Shown here: positions 8,730 through 19,004 of the stretch, piece after piece | How the letters are laid out: each line of letters opens with the position of its first letter | How positions within the stretch are numbered: the stretch's first letter is position 1 | NCBI GenBank assembly: GCA_029259185.1 | Contig: JAPDJF010000035.1 | Location: 1 to 37,843, forward strand | Source of the DNA: Hadesarchaea archaeon | Lineage (GTDB): Archaea; Hadarchaeota; Hadarchaeia; Hadarchaeales; WYZ-LMO6 | Length of the DNA: 37,843 nt | Reading direction: 5' to 3' | Position numbers and translations under genes: made by a program | The notes under the pieces: generated by a model | Told to the model about the DNA's origin: nothing | What the model saw: the letters and a program-made list of their open reading frames with translations, nothing else | Database searches by the model: none

Positions 8730-10215
8730 TAGGTTTGGAAGCTGTGGATAAAGACTTCACGCGCCCCCTCACGGGTGGAGGCCAAGAGCGAAAATCGAAG
8801 CCGTGCTGGGCCAGGAACCCAGCTACCCAGCGAGTGGTTCCGAACCCACAGCACCCGGTCCATATCTGTCTGTTTTTAACCTCTCTTATCTTGAAGGACT
8901 TAACGAACTTCTCTCCGTGAACGTTCAGGGATGCGATCTCTAGCCATCCGTTCTTATACGGCAGTTTCACCTCTAGGTCATACGTGGCCACTTCCGGGCC
9001 CTTCTCAGGTTCCTCGTCTTCACGCAGGTAGAAAGGAGTCGCCACGGTGAGACGCCATTCCATTTCGAGTTCTTCTAGGAGTTTAATGCTTTCATCTTTG
9101 ATCGAGTCCCGGATAAGCATTACATCTTCCGGCTTCCCTATGAATACGAACTCGATCCTCCTAAACTCATGGGTGCGGATGAGTCCCTCCGCTCCTCCCC
9201 CTTCCCATCGATAGGTCCAGCCACTGCGGTCGAAGAGTTTGATGGGCAGATCCTCGACTTCCACCGTAGACCTCTCGAACATGTGATAAAACGGTTCACA
9301 CTGGGCTGGGGCGAGCACATAGGATGGGGGTTCAACGACTCCTTTCAAGATGTCTCTGGACACCTCGTTCCTCAGTCTAAGTTCCTGTTTGAAGTCCTTG
9401 AACGATTCCGGGTTCCTGGGTGGAGGGCAGACGTAATACATCCCCTCAGGTATCCCATCTAGGTATCCCGGCATTCGTCTCATAACCTCAAGCGGGATGA
9501 GCTTTGGAAACATACCCTCCTCGAACCCGAGCGGGACGGCGATGTGCTCGATTATCAAATCCTCGATCGCCCGCAGTATCCTGGCGTACGGGGGAGCGTA
9601 CGTCCATTGCCCCCTTCCTGGGAATTCACGCACCCATCCTTCTCGCTTCATGAACTCAAGTGGATCTTCCCTAAACTTCACCTTCGCCCTACCCCCCTGT
9701 TTGACCACAAGTGATCCGGGTGCTTTGGGGGGAAGAGATCGGGCCATCGACTCCAAATGGGACACGAGTCTATCCACCATCCCCTTTCTCAGATCGGCTT
9801 CACTGATGTCGCGGAGGGTCACGATGAGCTTCTCGCCCCTTTGGACTTCACAAGGTAGCTTCCGGAGTTCAGATTCTATCCTTTCGGTGGGTGTGATGGG
9901 GAGTTCGATCCGATATTCTAGAGTCTCTATCCCTCTTAGGCCTATCTTGTGTTTTTCGCCCAATCGCGTCTTGAGTTCTTTGGCGATCCTGAGAAGCGCG
10001 CTGTGGGCTCTTACGTATCTCCCCGACTCAATAGAGATCTCTATCTCCTTTCCCTTCATCCTCCATCCGGCTACTCTTGCCGCTTCGTCTTCTTTCCCTC
10101 GCGGTGCCCCTTTGGTCAAGAGAGGTGTTGATCCCTCCATCACGTTTTTCACCGTTTCTTCGGCTTTCCCAAGCTCCCCTCCGAACCTCATTCTTGCGGA
10201 TAGATGAAATCTCAT
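8722..10215 (-). CDS. serS: Seryl-tRNA synthetase, methanogen (type 2) form
   Basis: ESGRYVRAH N-domain, FPGRGQW, FPKLIP, APAQCEPFY, DRSGWTYRWE, WTGCCGFG. Confidence 0.92.
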   Translation of the reverse strand: MRFHLSARMRFGGELGKAEETVKNVMEGSTPLLTKGAPRGKEDEAARVAGWRMKGKEIEISIESGRYVRAHSALLRIAKELKTRLGEKHKIGLRGIETLEYRIELPITPTERIESELRKLPCEVQRGEKLIVTLRDISEADLRKGMVDRLVSHLESMARSLPPKAPGSLVVKQGGRAKVKFREDPLEFMKREGWVREFPGRGQWTYAPPYARILRAIEDLIIEHIAVPLGFEEGMFPKLIPLEVMRRMPGYLDGIPEGMYYVCPPPRNPESFKDFKQELRLRNEVSRDILKGVVEPPSYVLAPAQCEPFYHMFERSTVEVEDLPIKLFDRSGWTYRWEGGGAEGLIRTHEFRRIEFVFIGKPEDVMLIRDSIKDESIKLLEELEMEWRLTVATPFYLREDEEPEKGPEVATYDLEVKLPYKNGWLEIASLNVHGEKFVKSFKIREVKNRQIWTGCCGFGTTRWVAGFLAQHGFDFRSWPPPVRGRVKSLSTASKPSG

Positions 10216-10260
10216 CTCAATCCCATGTCTCCCTCAGGTGATAAGTTTTTCCCACTATTC

Positions 10261-10567
10261 TGCTTTGCACAAAAATACCGCAAAAGTCAAATGGACCCCA
10301 AAAGGTCGTGGTTGAGTTGGCCTCCAAGCGATAAGGGCTGAACCCTACGGCCTCCGATCCAAGCCGTGTCGACGAGCTTGAAGGAAACCCCCACCCATCG
10401 CCAGCCTTCCAAGCCAAGCACGGCAGTAGTAAGAGGGCAGCCTCGTTTGCTCTCTCAGAGTCCGGTAATCCTTCTCAAGGGCCTGGGCCGAGGGCTTTCG
10501 GCCCTTAGGGGACCCCGAGCCCCCAAGCACGGAAATTGGCCTCAGGGGCTAATTTTTGTGCAAAGCC
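10261..10567 (+). mobile_element. Miniature non-autonomous TIR element of the same family as 34147-35273 (tnpB mostly deleted, internal piece inverted)
   Basis: Perfect 15-bp TIR GCTTTGCACAAAAAT (10262-10276 / 10552-10566); flanking direct repeat CCCACTATTC (10251-10260 / 10567-10576); segments homologous to both ends of 34147-35273. Confidence 0.9.
10492..10567 (+). ncRNA. Putative omegaRNA scaffold at the element right end
   Basis: 58/60 identical to the reverse complement of 34160-34219; stems GGGC-TTTCG-GCCC, AGCCCC...GGGGCT, CCAA...TTGG; position 3' of tnpB. Confidence 0.55.
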
Positions 10568-10570
10568 CCA

Positions 10571-10804
10571 CTATTCAATCACACTCTCAGCGGTTTCAGT
10601 ACACGCGAGCAGGTCGTCGAGTGTTGCGAGCAGGGTTTCTATTTTTCCTTCCATCTCCACCGTGGTGGTAATCGTCCCACCCGAGGTGGTCGTCTTCACT
10701 TTCACCATCCTCGATTGAAGGTTATCGGGTTTCAGCGCTCTCGCTACGGCCCTCGCCGTTTCCGGGTTTTCGTAAGAGCACTCGACTCTCGCTTTGAGTT
10801 TCAC
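10571..10804 (-). CDS. pcc1: KEOPS complex subunit Pcc1
   Basis: 77 aa, ARAVARALKPDN and TLLATLDDLL motifs; context near serS-rps3ae. Confidence 0.8.
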   Translation of the reverse strand: MKLKARVECSYENPETARAVARALKPDNLQSRMVKVKTTTSGGTITTTVEMEGKIETLLATLDDLLACTETAESVIE

Positions 10805-10830
10805 CCCTTCCCCCCCGAGAGCCCGGATCT

Positions 10831-11784
10831 TCAGGGGTCCCTTACTCCAGCTTCGACCACCGAGAACAGGGCTTCGCTCTCTGGGAGGTTTGGGCTGTCC
10901 ACCACCCTCGCTATGCGTTTGTTCCCTTTGCTCTTCCTGAGGTAGACTCTAGTGGTGACGGAGTGGGCCAACACGTGTCCCCCTATCGGTTTAGTAGGAT
11001 CTCCGAAGAACATGTCTGGTCTAGCTTGGACTTGATTTGTCACAAAAATAGCGAGATTCCTGAGTTCGGCTATCCGGTGAAGGATCAACAGATGGCGCGC
11101 TAGTTTCTGCTGTCGCGCGGCCAGCGTCTCTCTCCCCACGAACTCGGCCCTGAATAAGGAGGTGAGTGAATCGATGATAAGGAGTTTAACCTCTTCTCGC
11201 TCCGCCAGCTCCTCCGCCTTCTCCGCTAGCAGGATCTGTTGATCCGTATTGTATGCTCTAGCGATCAAGATGTTTTTAAGAACTTCCCTGGGATCCAGAT
11301 CCAATCCGCGTGCCATGTCTTGGATCCTCTCGGGTCTAAACGTGTTTTCGGTGTCTATGAAGATGGCTTTGGCCTCCAACCCCCCTCGATCCGGAGGGAG
11401 TTGAACGTTAACACAGAGTTGATGGGCCAGTTGGGTCTTCCCCGATCCGAATTCCCCGAAAACCTCCGTCACGGCCCTCGTCGGGATCCCCCCACCGAGG
11501 AGGGTATCCAGTTGCTTGCTCCCAGTCGTAATCCATCCCAGTTCTTTCCTGAGTTCGAGTATTTCTTCTCCCGTGATGAACACCCCTATGTCTGCCATTT
11601 CCTTTGCAGCTTCGATGATCTTCTTCGCTTGGATTTCCCCTATTTCTGCTATTTCTCTCAACTCCTCCACAGTTGCGACTGCGATCGATTCGACAGTTCT
11701 ATAACCGGCTTCCCTTAGCCTTTCAGCCGTCGTGGGTCCTACTCCCGGAAGACTCTCTAGAGTTTTTTCCTTGTTTTCCACCAA
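10831..11784 (-). CDS. radA: DNA repair and recombination protein RadA
   Basis: N-terminal HhH (LPGVGPTTA), [25 protein letters not shown]; no intein. Confidence 0.97.
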   Translation of the reverse strand: MVENKEKTLESLPGVGPTTAERLREAGYRTVESIAVATVEELREIAEIGEIQAKKIIEAAKEMADIGVFITGEEILELRKELGWITTGSKQLDTLLGGGIPTRAVTEVFGEFGSGKTQLAHQLCVNVQLPPDRGGLEAKAIFIDTENTFRPERIQDMARGLDLDPREVLKNILIARAYNTDQQILLAEKAEELAEREEVKLLIIDSLTSLFRAEFVGRETLAARQQKLARHLLILHRIAELRNLAIFVTNQVQARPDMFFGDPTKPIGGHVLAHSVTTRVYLRKSKGNKRIARVVDSPNLPESEALFSVVEAGVRDP

Positions 11785-11786
11785 AT

Positions 11787-13865
11787 CTATCTACCCGTAC
11801 TTCTGTTTTTTCCCACTTTAACTTTTTCCAGAAGCCTGTTCGCTTCTTCCCTCGCGTCGGGTGACTCCATCGCGCTCACCCTGAGTTCAAGCTGATCGGA
11901 GTACTTATCGTATCGGGTAACGCCCGTTAGCGTTACCTCTCTTCCCTCCAACCCAAGTTTTCGGTGAAACTCTCCACTGTTTGATCGGTAGGTCTCAAAG
12001 ATTCTTTTCGATTCCATGCCTGCGAGCTCCTCCGCGACCTTCCCGAAGAACACGGCCCTCATACTCCCGGTTCCGTCATCGAGGATCACGCTTAGCACTA
12101 CCCTGCGTTCGGGTGATACCACCTTGCCGCATTCCTCACAGAAAAGATTCGTGTCAACGCTTCCCAAACTCCTCCCACAGATGGGGCAGACATCGAAGGT
12201 CGGACGACGGCGGAGCACACGCACGATAGTACCCCTCACCCTCACCCGAACGTTCGGCTTGTCGATTTCTTGGATAGTTTTGATTTCAGGTGAGGCGGAG
12301 ACCATGGAGAGAACTTCAGCAGGAGGGATCTCCTCGTCTACGGGTGGGTTTATCTCAATCTCCCCCGCTCTCCCCACATGTAGTTCAGTTTGCCCGAAAA
12401 GTCCAACGGTGGTATAGGCGTTCCGGAGGATGATCACGTCACCAGTTTTCAAACTCTTTGCTTTTTCCGCATGTTCGTGCCACAAAGAGGTCCTTATCAC
12501 CCCGGTTCGGTCCCCTATACTCAGCGTAATGACCTTTCCTTTTTCCCCTTCTTTAGTGAATTCTCTCAGGGTCCCCACCTCTATCACTCTCCCCAAGACT
12601 TCGAGCGCATCCATCCCCGGCTCCAGTTCACCTATCATGACTTTGCTTGGTTTGAGCCTGCCCACCTCCATGTTCGGAGGGTTTATCTCGATTTTGGTCG
12701 ACCTCCCCACGTGGATCTCCGGTTTTCCGGTCAGACCAGTTTTGGTGTATGCCCCCCGCAAGAGGAGCACATCCCCTACCACGACCCTCTCGGCCACCTC
12801 ACTCGCATTGTCCCAGAACGATGCCTTCGCGAGGGATGTTTCATCTTCCAGCACCAAACTCGCTACTCTCCCCTTGCTCCCGTCGTCGCGTTTGAACTCT
12901 AGCACCGGAAACTTCCGTCTGACTCGAGCCACTACATCTATGGACGGCATGTCTGTCTCCAGTTCTTCAAGCTTCAGTAAGCGTTCCACGATTTCGGGGA
13001 GCTTCTTCACTTGAGGTGAATCGGGAGAGACGAGCACGCGCGAGGTACCCCCCACATTGAGTTCAGGTTTTCCGTGTAGACCCACCCTAACAGACGCGTT
13101 CTCTACCATAATCACATCACCCCTCCTCAGCTCCTTGGTGAGCTCAGCCTTTTCACCCCACAGCGAGACGCGGATCTTCCCGGTTTCGTCCATCAAAACT
13201 AGGGAAGCGACTTTGTCTGTGGTTCCGTCCGAGCGATCGAATGTCTTTATCTCGCTAACCGCAACGACTCTCCCGAGGACATCCACTTCCTTGAGCCCCT
13301 GTTTGAGTTCAGCGATCTTGACCGTGGACTCCTTTAAAGGTGGAAGCCGTGAGTCGACGGTCGGTTCTTTTGTGACTTCTACCGAACTTCGGGCCCCTAT
13401 GTGGAGTTCAGCTTGTCCGTTCGCCCTCTCCTGCACATATGCTCCTTTGATTCGTATCGCATCCCCCTTCTGAACAGCACCACTTCCGACCAGCGACGCT
13501 TTGTTGTCCCACAGTACAGCTCTGATGCTTCCACTCTCATCTTGGAGCACCATCCCCGCAACGTGTCCGAGCGATCCGTCCCATCTCGGGAAACTCCGCG
13601 GCTCGTATATCCTAATCACACGTGCGAGTAGATCCACGTTCGACATCCCCGGGACCAGATCCCCTATCTTCAACTCTCTCGGTTTCACCTCTTTCTGTTT
13701 GAGTTCCACCCCCAGCTCTCGGCCAACTATCATGGCTAGGCCCTCAGGCGTTACCAGAGCCCCGAGTTCTTCTCTTTTCTGGTTTATCCTAGCCATGAGT
13801 TCATCTCGGCTTATCTTTGCGTGTTTCATTATCTCTTGAATCAGCTGGTCAAAATTCATCTTCAC
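11787..13865 (-). CDS. rpa: Replication protein A, five OB folds with C-terminal Zn finger
   Basis: Repeated DE(S/T)G.I...LW OB modules; CPIC...CEEC in the last module; upstream of radA. Confidence 0.88.
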   Translation of the reverse strand: MKMNFDQLIQEIMKHAKISRDELMARINQKREELGALVTPEGLAMIVGRELGVELKQKEVKPRELKIGDLVPGMSNVDLLARVIRIYEPRSFPRWDGSLGHVAGMVLQDESGSIRAVLWDNKASLVGSGAVQKGDAIRIKGAYVQERANGQAELHIGARSSVEVTKEPTVDSRLPPLKESTVKIAELKQGLKEVDVLGRVVAVSEIKTFDRSDGTTDKVASLVLMDETGKIRVSLWGEKAELTKELRRGDVIMVENASVRVGLHGKPELNVGGTSRVLVSPDSPQVKKLPEIVERLLKLEELETDMPSIDVVARVRRKFPVLEFKRDDGSKGRVASLVLEDETSLAKASFWDNASEVAERVVVGDVLLLRGAYTKTGLTGKPEIHVGRSTKIEINPPNMEVGRLKPSKVMIGELEPGMDALEVLGRVIEVGTLREFTKEGEKGKVITLSIGDRTGVIRTSLWHEHAEKAKSLKTGDVIILRNAYTTVGLFGQTELHVGRAGEIEINPPVDEEIPPAEVLSMVSASPEIKTIQEIDKPNVRVRVRGTIVRVLRRRPTFDVCPICGRSLGSVDTNLFCEECGKVVSPERRVVLSVILDDGTGSMRAVFFGKVAEELAGMESKRIFETYRSNSGEFHRKLGLEGREVTLTGVTRYDKYSDQLELRVSAMESPDAREEANRLLEKVKVGKNRSTGR

Positions 13866-13920
13866 ACCGGTCTCTTCTTAACTTACTTCGAGAAGTTTAT
13901 AAACAGAAATCGTCGGGTAT

Positions 13921-15189
13921 CTAGTGTCCAGCTCTCAGCTCAGCCAAAATCTCCTTAGCTCGGTCAAGTCTTATACAGCGTTCTTCGACCATACGTGCAG
14001 CGACGCGGTCTATGAGTTCTCCCTCTGCCCCCGCTGCTGCGGCCACGCTCCTAGCGTGAAGCTTCATGTGTCCTCTTTGGATACCTTCAGCCGCCAGTGC
14101 TCTGAGCGCTGCTAGGTTCTGGGCCAATCCCACCGCCGCCATGACCTCTGCCAGCTCACGGGCCGTTTTTACCCCCAAGATCTTCCTGCATACTTTGGCC
14201 ACGGGGTGAATGGCCGCGGTTCCTCCCACGATCCCAACGGCAATGGGGAGTTCTATCCTCCCTCTCAGATCCCCGTTCTCATCCACCTCCCAGACTGTGA
14301 GAGGTTTATATCCTTTCACTGCAGCATAGGCATGGGCTCCGGCTTCAAGCGCGCGCGTGTCGTTCGAGGTTGCGAGTGCAACTGCTATTATCCCATTCAT
14401 TATTCCCTTGTTGTGAGTCGCACAGCGGTAGGGATCGGCGGCAGCAAACGCGTAGGCGTGGATGATTCCATCAACTACCTCTTTTCCGCCCAGAGCCTCC
14501 TTTGGAAAGGTCGCTTCAGCCCTAGCCATACGATAGACGGCTAAGTTCGATATTATCCGTAGGTAGACTTTTCCCTCCGTCAGTTTCTCGATCGTTGGAG
14601 CCACGGCCTCACACATCGTGTTGACGGCGTTTGCTCCCATCGCGTCCCTCACATCCACAAGCAAATGGACAATGAGCATCGTTCCAGTGGAGGTGTCGAT
14701 CACTCTCGCTTCCACATCCTTCGCCCCGCCCCCGAGCTTCGTCAGCACCGGGTCTCGCTCATTGGCTTCCGCTAGGATTCTTGCTTTGTTCTCTAGGATG
14801 TTTTCCTTCGCCCGAACTGGATCCTTCGCTCCCACCACTTGAATTTGGCCGATCATGATGGGTTCATCGGCGCTTGCCTTGAATCCATACTTGAGCCTAG
14901 CCATCCGTGCAGCGTTCGAGGCCGCTGCGACTACACTCGGTTCTTCGATGGCCATGGGTATGAGATAGTCCTTCCCGTTTATAAGGAAGTTCGTGGCTAT
15001 ACCGAGGGGGAGATGAGTGGCCCCGATCACGTTTTCTATCATCCGGTTGGCGAGGTCAAGTTCGAGTGATCCAGTGTTTTTCAGGATTTCGACTTCTTCC
15101 TCACTCAGATCGGCGAACTCCTTCACCACCTTTAATCTCGCTTCCGGATCCATCTCTCTAAAGCCGGGTAACCTAGATGACTTCATCAT
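13921..15189 (-). CDS. hmgA: HMG-CoA reductase, class II (bacterial/degradative type)
   Basis: ENVIG, EEPSVVAAAS, DAMGANAVN, HNKGIMNG, GIQRGHMKLH; start taken at ATG 15189. Confidence 0.93.
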   Translation of the reverse strand: MMKSSRLPGFREMDPEARLKVVKEFADLSEEEVEILKNTGSLELDLANRMIENVIGATHLPLGIATNFLINGKDYLIPMAIEEPSVVAAASNAARMARLKYGFKASADEPIMIGQIQVVGAKDPVRAKENILENKARILAEANERDPVLTKLGGGAKDVEARVIDTSTGTMLIVHLLVDVRDAMGANAVNTMCEAVAPTIEKLTEGKVYLRIISNLAVYRMARAEATFPKEALGGKEVVDGIIHAYAFAAADPYRCATHNKGIMNGIIAVALATSNDTRALEAGAHAYAAVKGYKPLTVWEVDENGDLRGRIELPIAVGIVGGTAAIHPVAKVCRKILGVKTARELAEVMAAVGLAQNLAALRALAAEGIQRGHMKLHARSVAAAAGAEGELIDRVAARMVEERCIRLDRAKEILAELRAGH

Positions 15190-15249
15190 CTCAGTTTTTC
15201 TTTTAGGATACACCTTATTTAAACGGTTGAACACCTGAAGAATACAACG

Positions 15250-15927
15250 GTGAGGCCCCTCCACTTGGGATTGATACCCGACGGCAATAGGCGATGGGCG
15301 AGAGAGCGTGGGTTAGAGATCTGGCGTGGACACGAGGAGGGAGTAAGAGTTTTGGAGAATTTCTTGAAGTGGTGTCTCGATGAGGACATTCCTGAGGTAA
15401 CCGTTTACACGCTTTCCTTAGAGAATCTCGAGAAACGATCACCCGAGGAGCTGAGGCACCTCTTCAAGTTGATGAGTTCCCTCTTGAAGCGCCTCGAGAA
15501 TGATGAAACCCTCCATGAGCGTGAGGTGAGGGTGAGGGTTATAGGCAAAACATACAGGCTGCCTTCTCACTTGGTGAATGCGGCACGCAGGATCGTGGGA
15601 TCGACTCGGTCTTACAGTAAGAACTTCTTCAATTTTCTGATAGCCTATGGTGGCCAAGATGAACTTCTGAGGTGTGTGAGGTGTATGGTCAAGAGCAAAC
15701 CCGCGAGATTCACGAAGAGCGTGTTGGAGAGATATCTATGGGTTCAGAGGCCTGTGGATCTCGTGATAAGAACCGGGAAAGAGCACAGGCTCTCAAATTT
15801 CCTCCCCTATCAATCCGCCTACGCTGAAATAATCTTTTTGGACAAATACTGGCCAGATTTCACGCGGAAAGATTTCGATCATTGCTTAGCGGAGTTCGGG
15901 AGAAGACAGCGGAGAATGGGCAGTTAG
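15250..15927 (+). CDS. uppS: cis-prenyltransferase (polyprenyl diphosphate synthase)
   Basis: IPDGNRRWA, SLENL, DLVIRTG, RLSNFL, RRMG C-terminus. Confidence 0.92.
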   Translation: MRPLHLGLIPDGNRRWARERGLEIWRGHEEGVRVLENFLKWCLDEDIPEVTVYTLSLENLEKRSPEELRHLFKLMSSLLKRLENDETLHEREVRVRVIGKTYRLPSHLVNAARRIVGSTRSYSKNFFNFLIAYGGQDELLRCVRCMVKSKPARFTKSVLERYLWVQRPVDLVIRTGKEHRLSNFLPYQSAYAEIIFLDKYWPDFTRKDFDHCLAEFGRRQRRMGS

Positions 15928-18902
15928 ATCACCAAGTCCAAGCGGAGCTTGAAGTGTTTTCCGTCGAGATCCCACTCCCTCGTGTACCCCCCGGCTTCCA
16001 CCTCGAAGAGGTGACAGACTCTCAGTTCCCTGACCCTGACTTCACGTTTTATGTATTCTAAGTGAGGTTTCAGCAGGTCGATGAACTCCGCATCCTCCAC
16101 ACCTATCATCACATCTACCCTCTCCTCCATCTGGAGATCCTTTTCTTTTCTCATCACTTGGAGACGTCTTACGAGCTCTCTCGCCATCGCTTCACCCTTT
16201 AATTCTGGTGTCATGCGTTTGCTCACCATGACTTTCCCATGCTCGAGCTGGACTACCGAGTATTCCCCCACGGGCTCTGGATCCCCGGGCCGGAGGATGT
16301 TGAGGATCTTACAGTTGGCCCTCTCTTTAAGAATTCCTCTCAGTTTTTCCAAGGAGTCGAATTCATTTTCGTTTGAGAGTTTGATCACGACTTCTTGTAC
16401 TGGCCACCTCAGCTTCAACTTGGCCTTCTGCCTAGCCTCCGCCACGGCTTCTCCGAAAAGGCGTACGAGGGCCATGGACTTCTCCAACTCCACATCGATA
16501 AGACTCTCATCCGGAGTGGGCCAATCTAGCATGTGTATGCTTTCTGGGGCCCTAGAGGTCGCGCTTTTGATCAATCCGGAATACATCACCTCACACATGT
16601 GGGGGATGAATGGGGCGAGCAAGCGTATCAGCACGTCGAGCGTTTCGTACAGAACAACATAGGCTGAGAGCTTCGACGGATGCTCTTTCTCTATCCAAGT
16701 TCGTTGGCGGATGGATCTGATGTACCACCTGCTCAGATCCTCTAGGATGAAGTTCATCAGGGTCCTCGCCGCCACGTGGAGTTCTAACCTCTCTAGGGCT
16801 TCCGTTACCTCTTTTATGGTGGTGTTAACCCTGGAGAGCATCCATCGATCTTCCGGGAGAAAGTTACGGGAGATGTCTTTGCGATTCACCACCCGTGGAT
16901 CGAAGGAGTCGAGGGACATGTAGGTAGTGGCGAAAACATAGGCGTTCCACAAGATGTTGAGGGTCCTAGAGACCTGTCTGAGCCCCACTAGATTGAACCT
17001 CAAGTCTTCCCAAGGGGGATTGGCAGAAAGAATGTACATCCTCAGCACATCTGCCCCGTACCTCTCCGCCATCTCAATGGGATCGACCACGTTCCCGAGC
17101 GATTTAGACATTTTCCTCCCTTGAGCGTCGAGGGCAAAGCCATGGGTCAAGACGAGTTTGTAGGGGACTTCACCGAAAGCTATTACCGAGGATACCTGCT
17201 GGGCGTAGAACCACTTGGTCACTTGGTCTTCCCCCTCGGTGATGAATGAGCTCGGCCAGAGATTTTTGAAGAGTTCTTCGCCCTTGGGGAATCCTAGACT
17301 GGCCCAAGAGGCGATGCTTGAATCGAACCACACGTCTAACACCTCAGGGATCCTACGCATTTCGGATCCACACTTGGGACACTTCGGTCTGAGCTTGTCC
17401 AGATCGGAGCGGTGTAAGTCTAACTCCTTAGCTTCCCCGGTGAGCTTCCTGAGTTCTTCAACGCTTCCCACAACCACGGAGTGCCTGCAGCCTCCACAAG
17501 TCCATATGGGGAAAGGTATCCCCCAGTATCGTTGCCGGGAGAGGCACCAGTCTCCCACCGACTTAACCCCGTTCGTGTATCTCCCTTTCATCCACGTGGG
17601 AACCCACCTCACTTTTTCGTTCCCTTCCAAGATGCGGGATTTTATTTCCGATACCTTAAGGAACCACTGCTCGGTGGCTCTGAAGATGAGCGGAGTTTTG
17701 CATCTCCAGCAGTGGGGATAAGCGTGGGTGATAATCGCATGCTTGAGCAACACCCTCTTCCTCCTTAAATCCCCCAGCACCAGAGGATCCGCATCTTTCA
17801 CGAAGAGCCCACAGTATTTTCCGGCATCCTCGGTGAACCTGCCATCTGGTCCCACTGGACTGAAGACAGGCAGTCCGTATTCCACTCCCACGATGAAGTC
17901 TTCCTCTCCGAACCCGGGTGCGGTATGTACGCAGCCCGTCCCTTCCTCGAGCGAGACGTGATTGCCACATATCACCCTGTGGTGTCGGAGGAACTCCTTC
18001 TGTTTTGGCACCTCTTCGATCAGGGGGTGTTCGTACCCGATTCCCTCCAGTTCCTTCCCCTCCATCGTCTCCAAGATCTCGTAATCGGATATCCCGAGTT
18101 CTCCCATCACCCGGGAGACGAGGGCTTTGGCCATCACGTATACTTCCTCCCCTACTTTCACCCTCGCATAGTCGTAATCGGGGTGGACGCATACCGCCAT
18201 GTTAGCGGGGATTGTCCAAGGGGTGGTAGTCCATATCAAGAGGTATTCGTTCGAGCGATCACGGATCTTGAACTTCGCGAAGAGGGACGGATCCTGGATA
18301 TCGTAGTACTCCCCACGAACTTCATGCTCAGCGAGAGCGGTTTCGCATCTTGGGCACCAGTGGATCACACGCAGATCTTTCCGGAGGAGTCCCTTTTCGT
18401 ATGCCAGTTTGAGGGTCCACCACGCTGACTCGATGTAATCGTTTTTGAGGGTCATGTAGGGAGATTCCCAGTCCATCCATATCCCCAGTCTCTTAAACTG
18501 CTTTGTCATGAGTTCAACGTGGTTCATCGCCCACCGTTTACACTCCTCCACGAAACGCTCCACCCCTATCACACGCTCTATGTCTTTTTTAGATTTGATT
18601 CCCAGCTTTTCCTCTACCATGACTTCTATCGGGAGTCCATGGCAATCCCACCCCGGCTGTCTCCGCACGTTTAGCCCACGCATGGTCTTGTATCGGAGGA
18701 CAACATCCTTGATGATTTTGTTCCACGCAGTTCCCAAGTGGATGGCACCACTGGCGTAGGGTGGGCCGTCCAAGAAATACCAAGGTGGACGATCGGATCG
18801 TTTCTCTTTTACCTTTTCATAGATCCTAGCTTCTTCCCACCACTGCTGGATTTTTCTCTCCATCTCCGGTGGATCGTACGTTTTCTGGGCGGGCTTGATC
18901 AT
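15924..18902 (-). CDS. ileS: Isoleucyl-tRNA synthetase
   Basis: DGPPYASG-HLGT, GWDCHGLPIE, WTTTPWT, SRQRYWG, EGEDQ, KMSKS. Confidence 0.97.
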   Translation of the reverse strand: MIKPAQKTYDPPEMERKIQQWWEEARIYEKVKEKRSDRPPWYFLDGPPYASGAIHLGTAWNKIIKDVVLRYKTMRGLNVRRQPGWDCHGLPIEVMVEEKLGIKSKKDIERVIGVERFVEECKRWAMNHVELMTKQFKRLGIWMDWESPYMTLKNDYIESAWWTLKLAYEKGLLRKDLRVIHWCPRCETALAEHEVRGEYYDIQDPSLFAKFKIRDRSNEYLLIWTTTPWTIPANMAVCVHPDYDYARVKVGEEVYVMAKALVSRVMGELGISDYEILETMEGKELEGIGYEHPLIEEVPKQKEFLRHHRVICGNHVSLEEGTGCVHTAPGFGEEDFIVGVEYGLPVFSPVGPDGRFTEDAGKYCGLFVKDADPLVLGDLRRKRVLLKHAIITHAYPHCWRCKTPLIFRATEQWFLKVSEIKSRILEGNEKVRWVPTWMKGRYTNGVKSVGDWCLSRQRYWGIPFPIWTCGGCRHSVVVGSVEELRKLTGEAKELDLHRSDLDKLRPKCPKCGSEMRRIPEVLDVWFDSSIASWASLGFPKGEELFKNLWPSSFITEGEDQVTKWFYAQQVSSVIAFGEVPYKLVLTHGFALDAQGRKMSKSLGNVVDPIEMAERYGADVLRMYILSANPPWEDLRFNLVGLRQVSRTLNILWNAYVFATTYMSLDSFDPRVVNRKDISRNFLPEDRWMLSRVNTTIKEVTEALERLELHVAARTLMNFILEDLSRWYIRSIRQRTWIEKEHPSKLSAYVVLYETLDVLIRLLAPFIPHMCEVMYSGLIKSATSRAPESIHMLDWPTPDESLIDVELEKSMALVRLFGEAVAEARQKAKLKLRWPVQEVVIKLSNENEFDSLEKLRGILKERANCKILNILRPGDPEPVGEYSVVQLEHGKVMVSKRMTPELKGEAMARELVRRLQVMRKEKDLQMEERVDVMIGVEDAEFIDLLKPHLEYIKREVRVRELRVCHLFEVEAGGYTREWDLDGKHFKLRLDLVI

Positions 18903-19004
18903 AGGTCACCCTTAGTTTTTGACTGGGTTTCTTAAAATAACATCTTTTTCACATCCGTTGAAATCCGTAAATAATCGAGCTTAGCCTTCGTTGGATAAAT
19001 TCAA

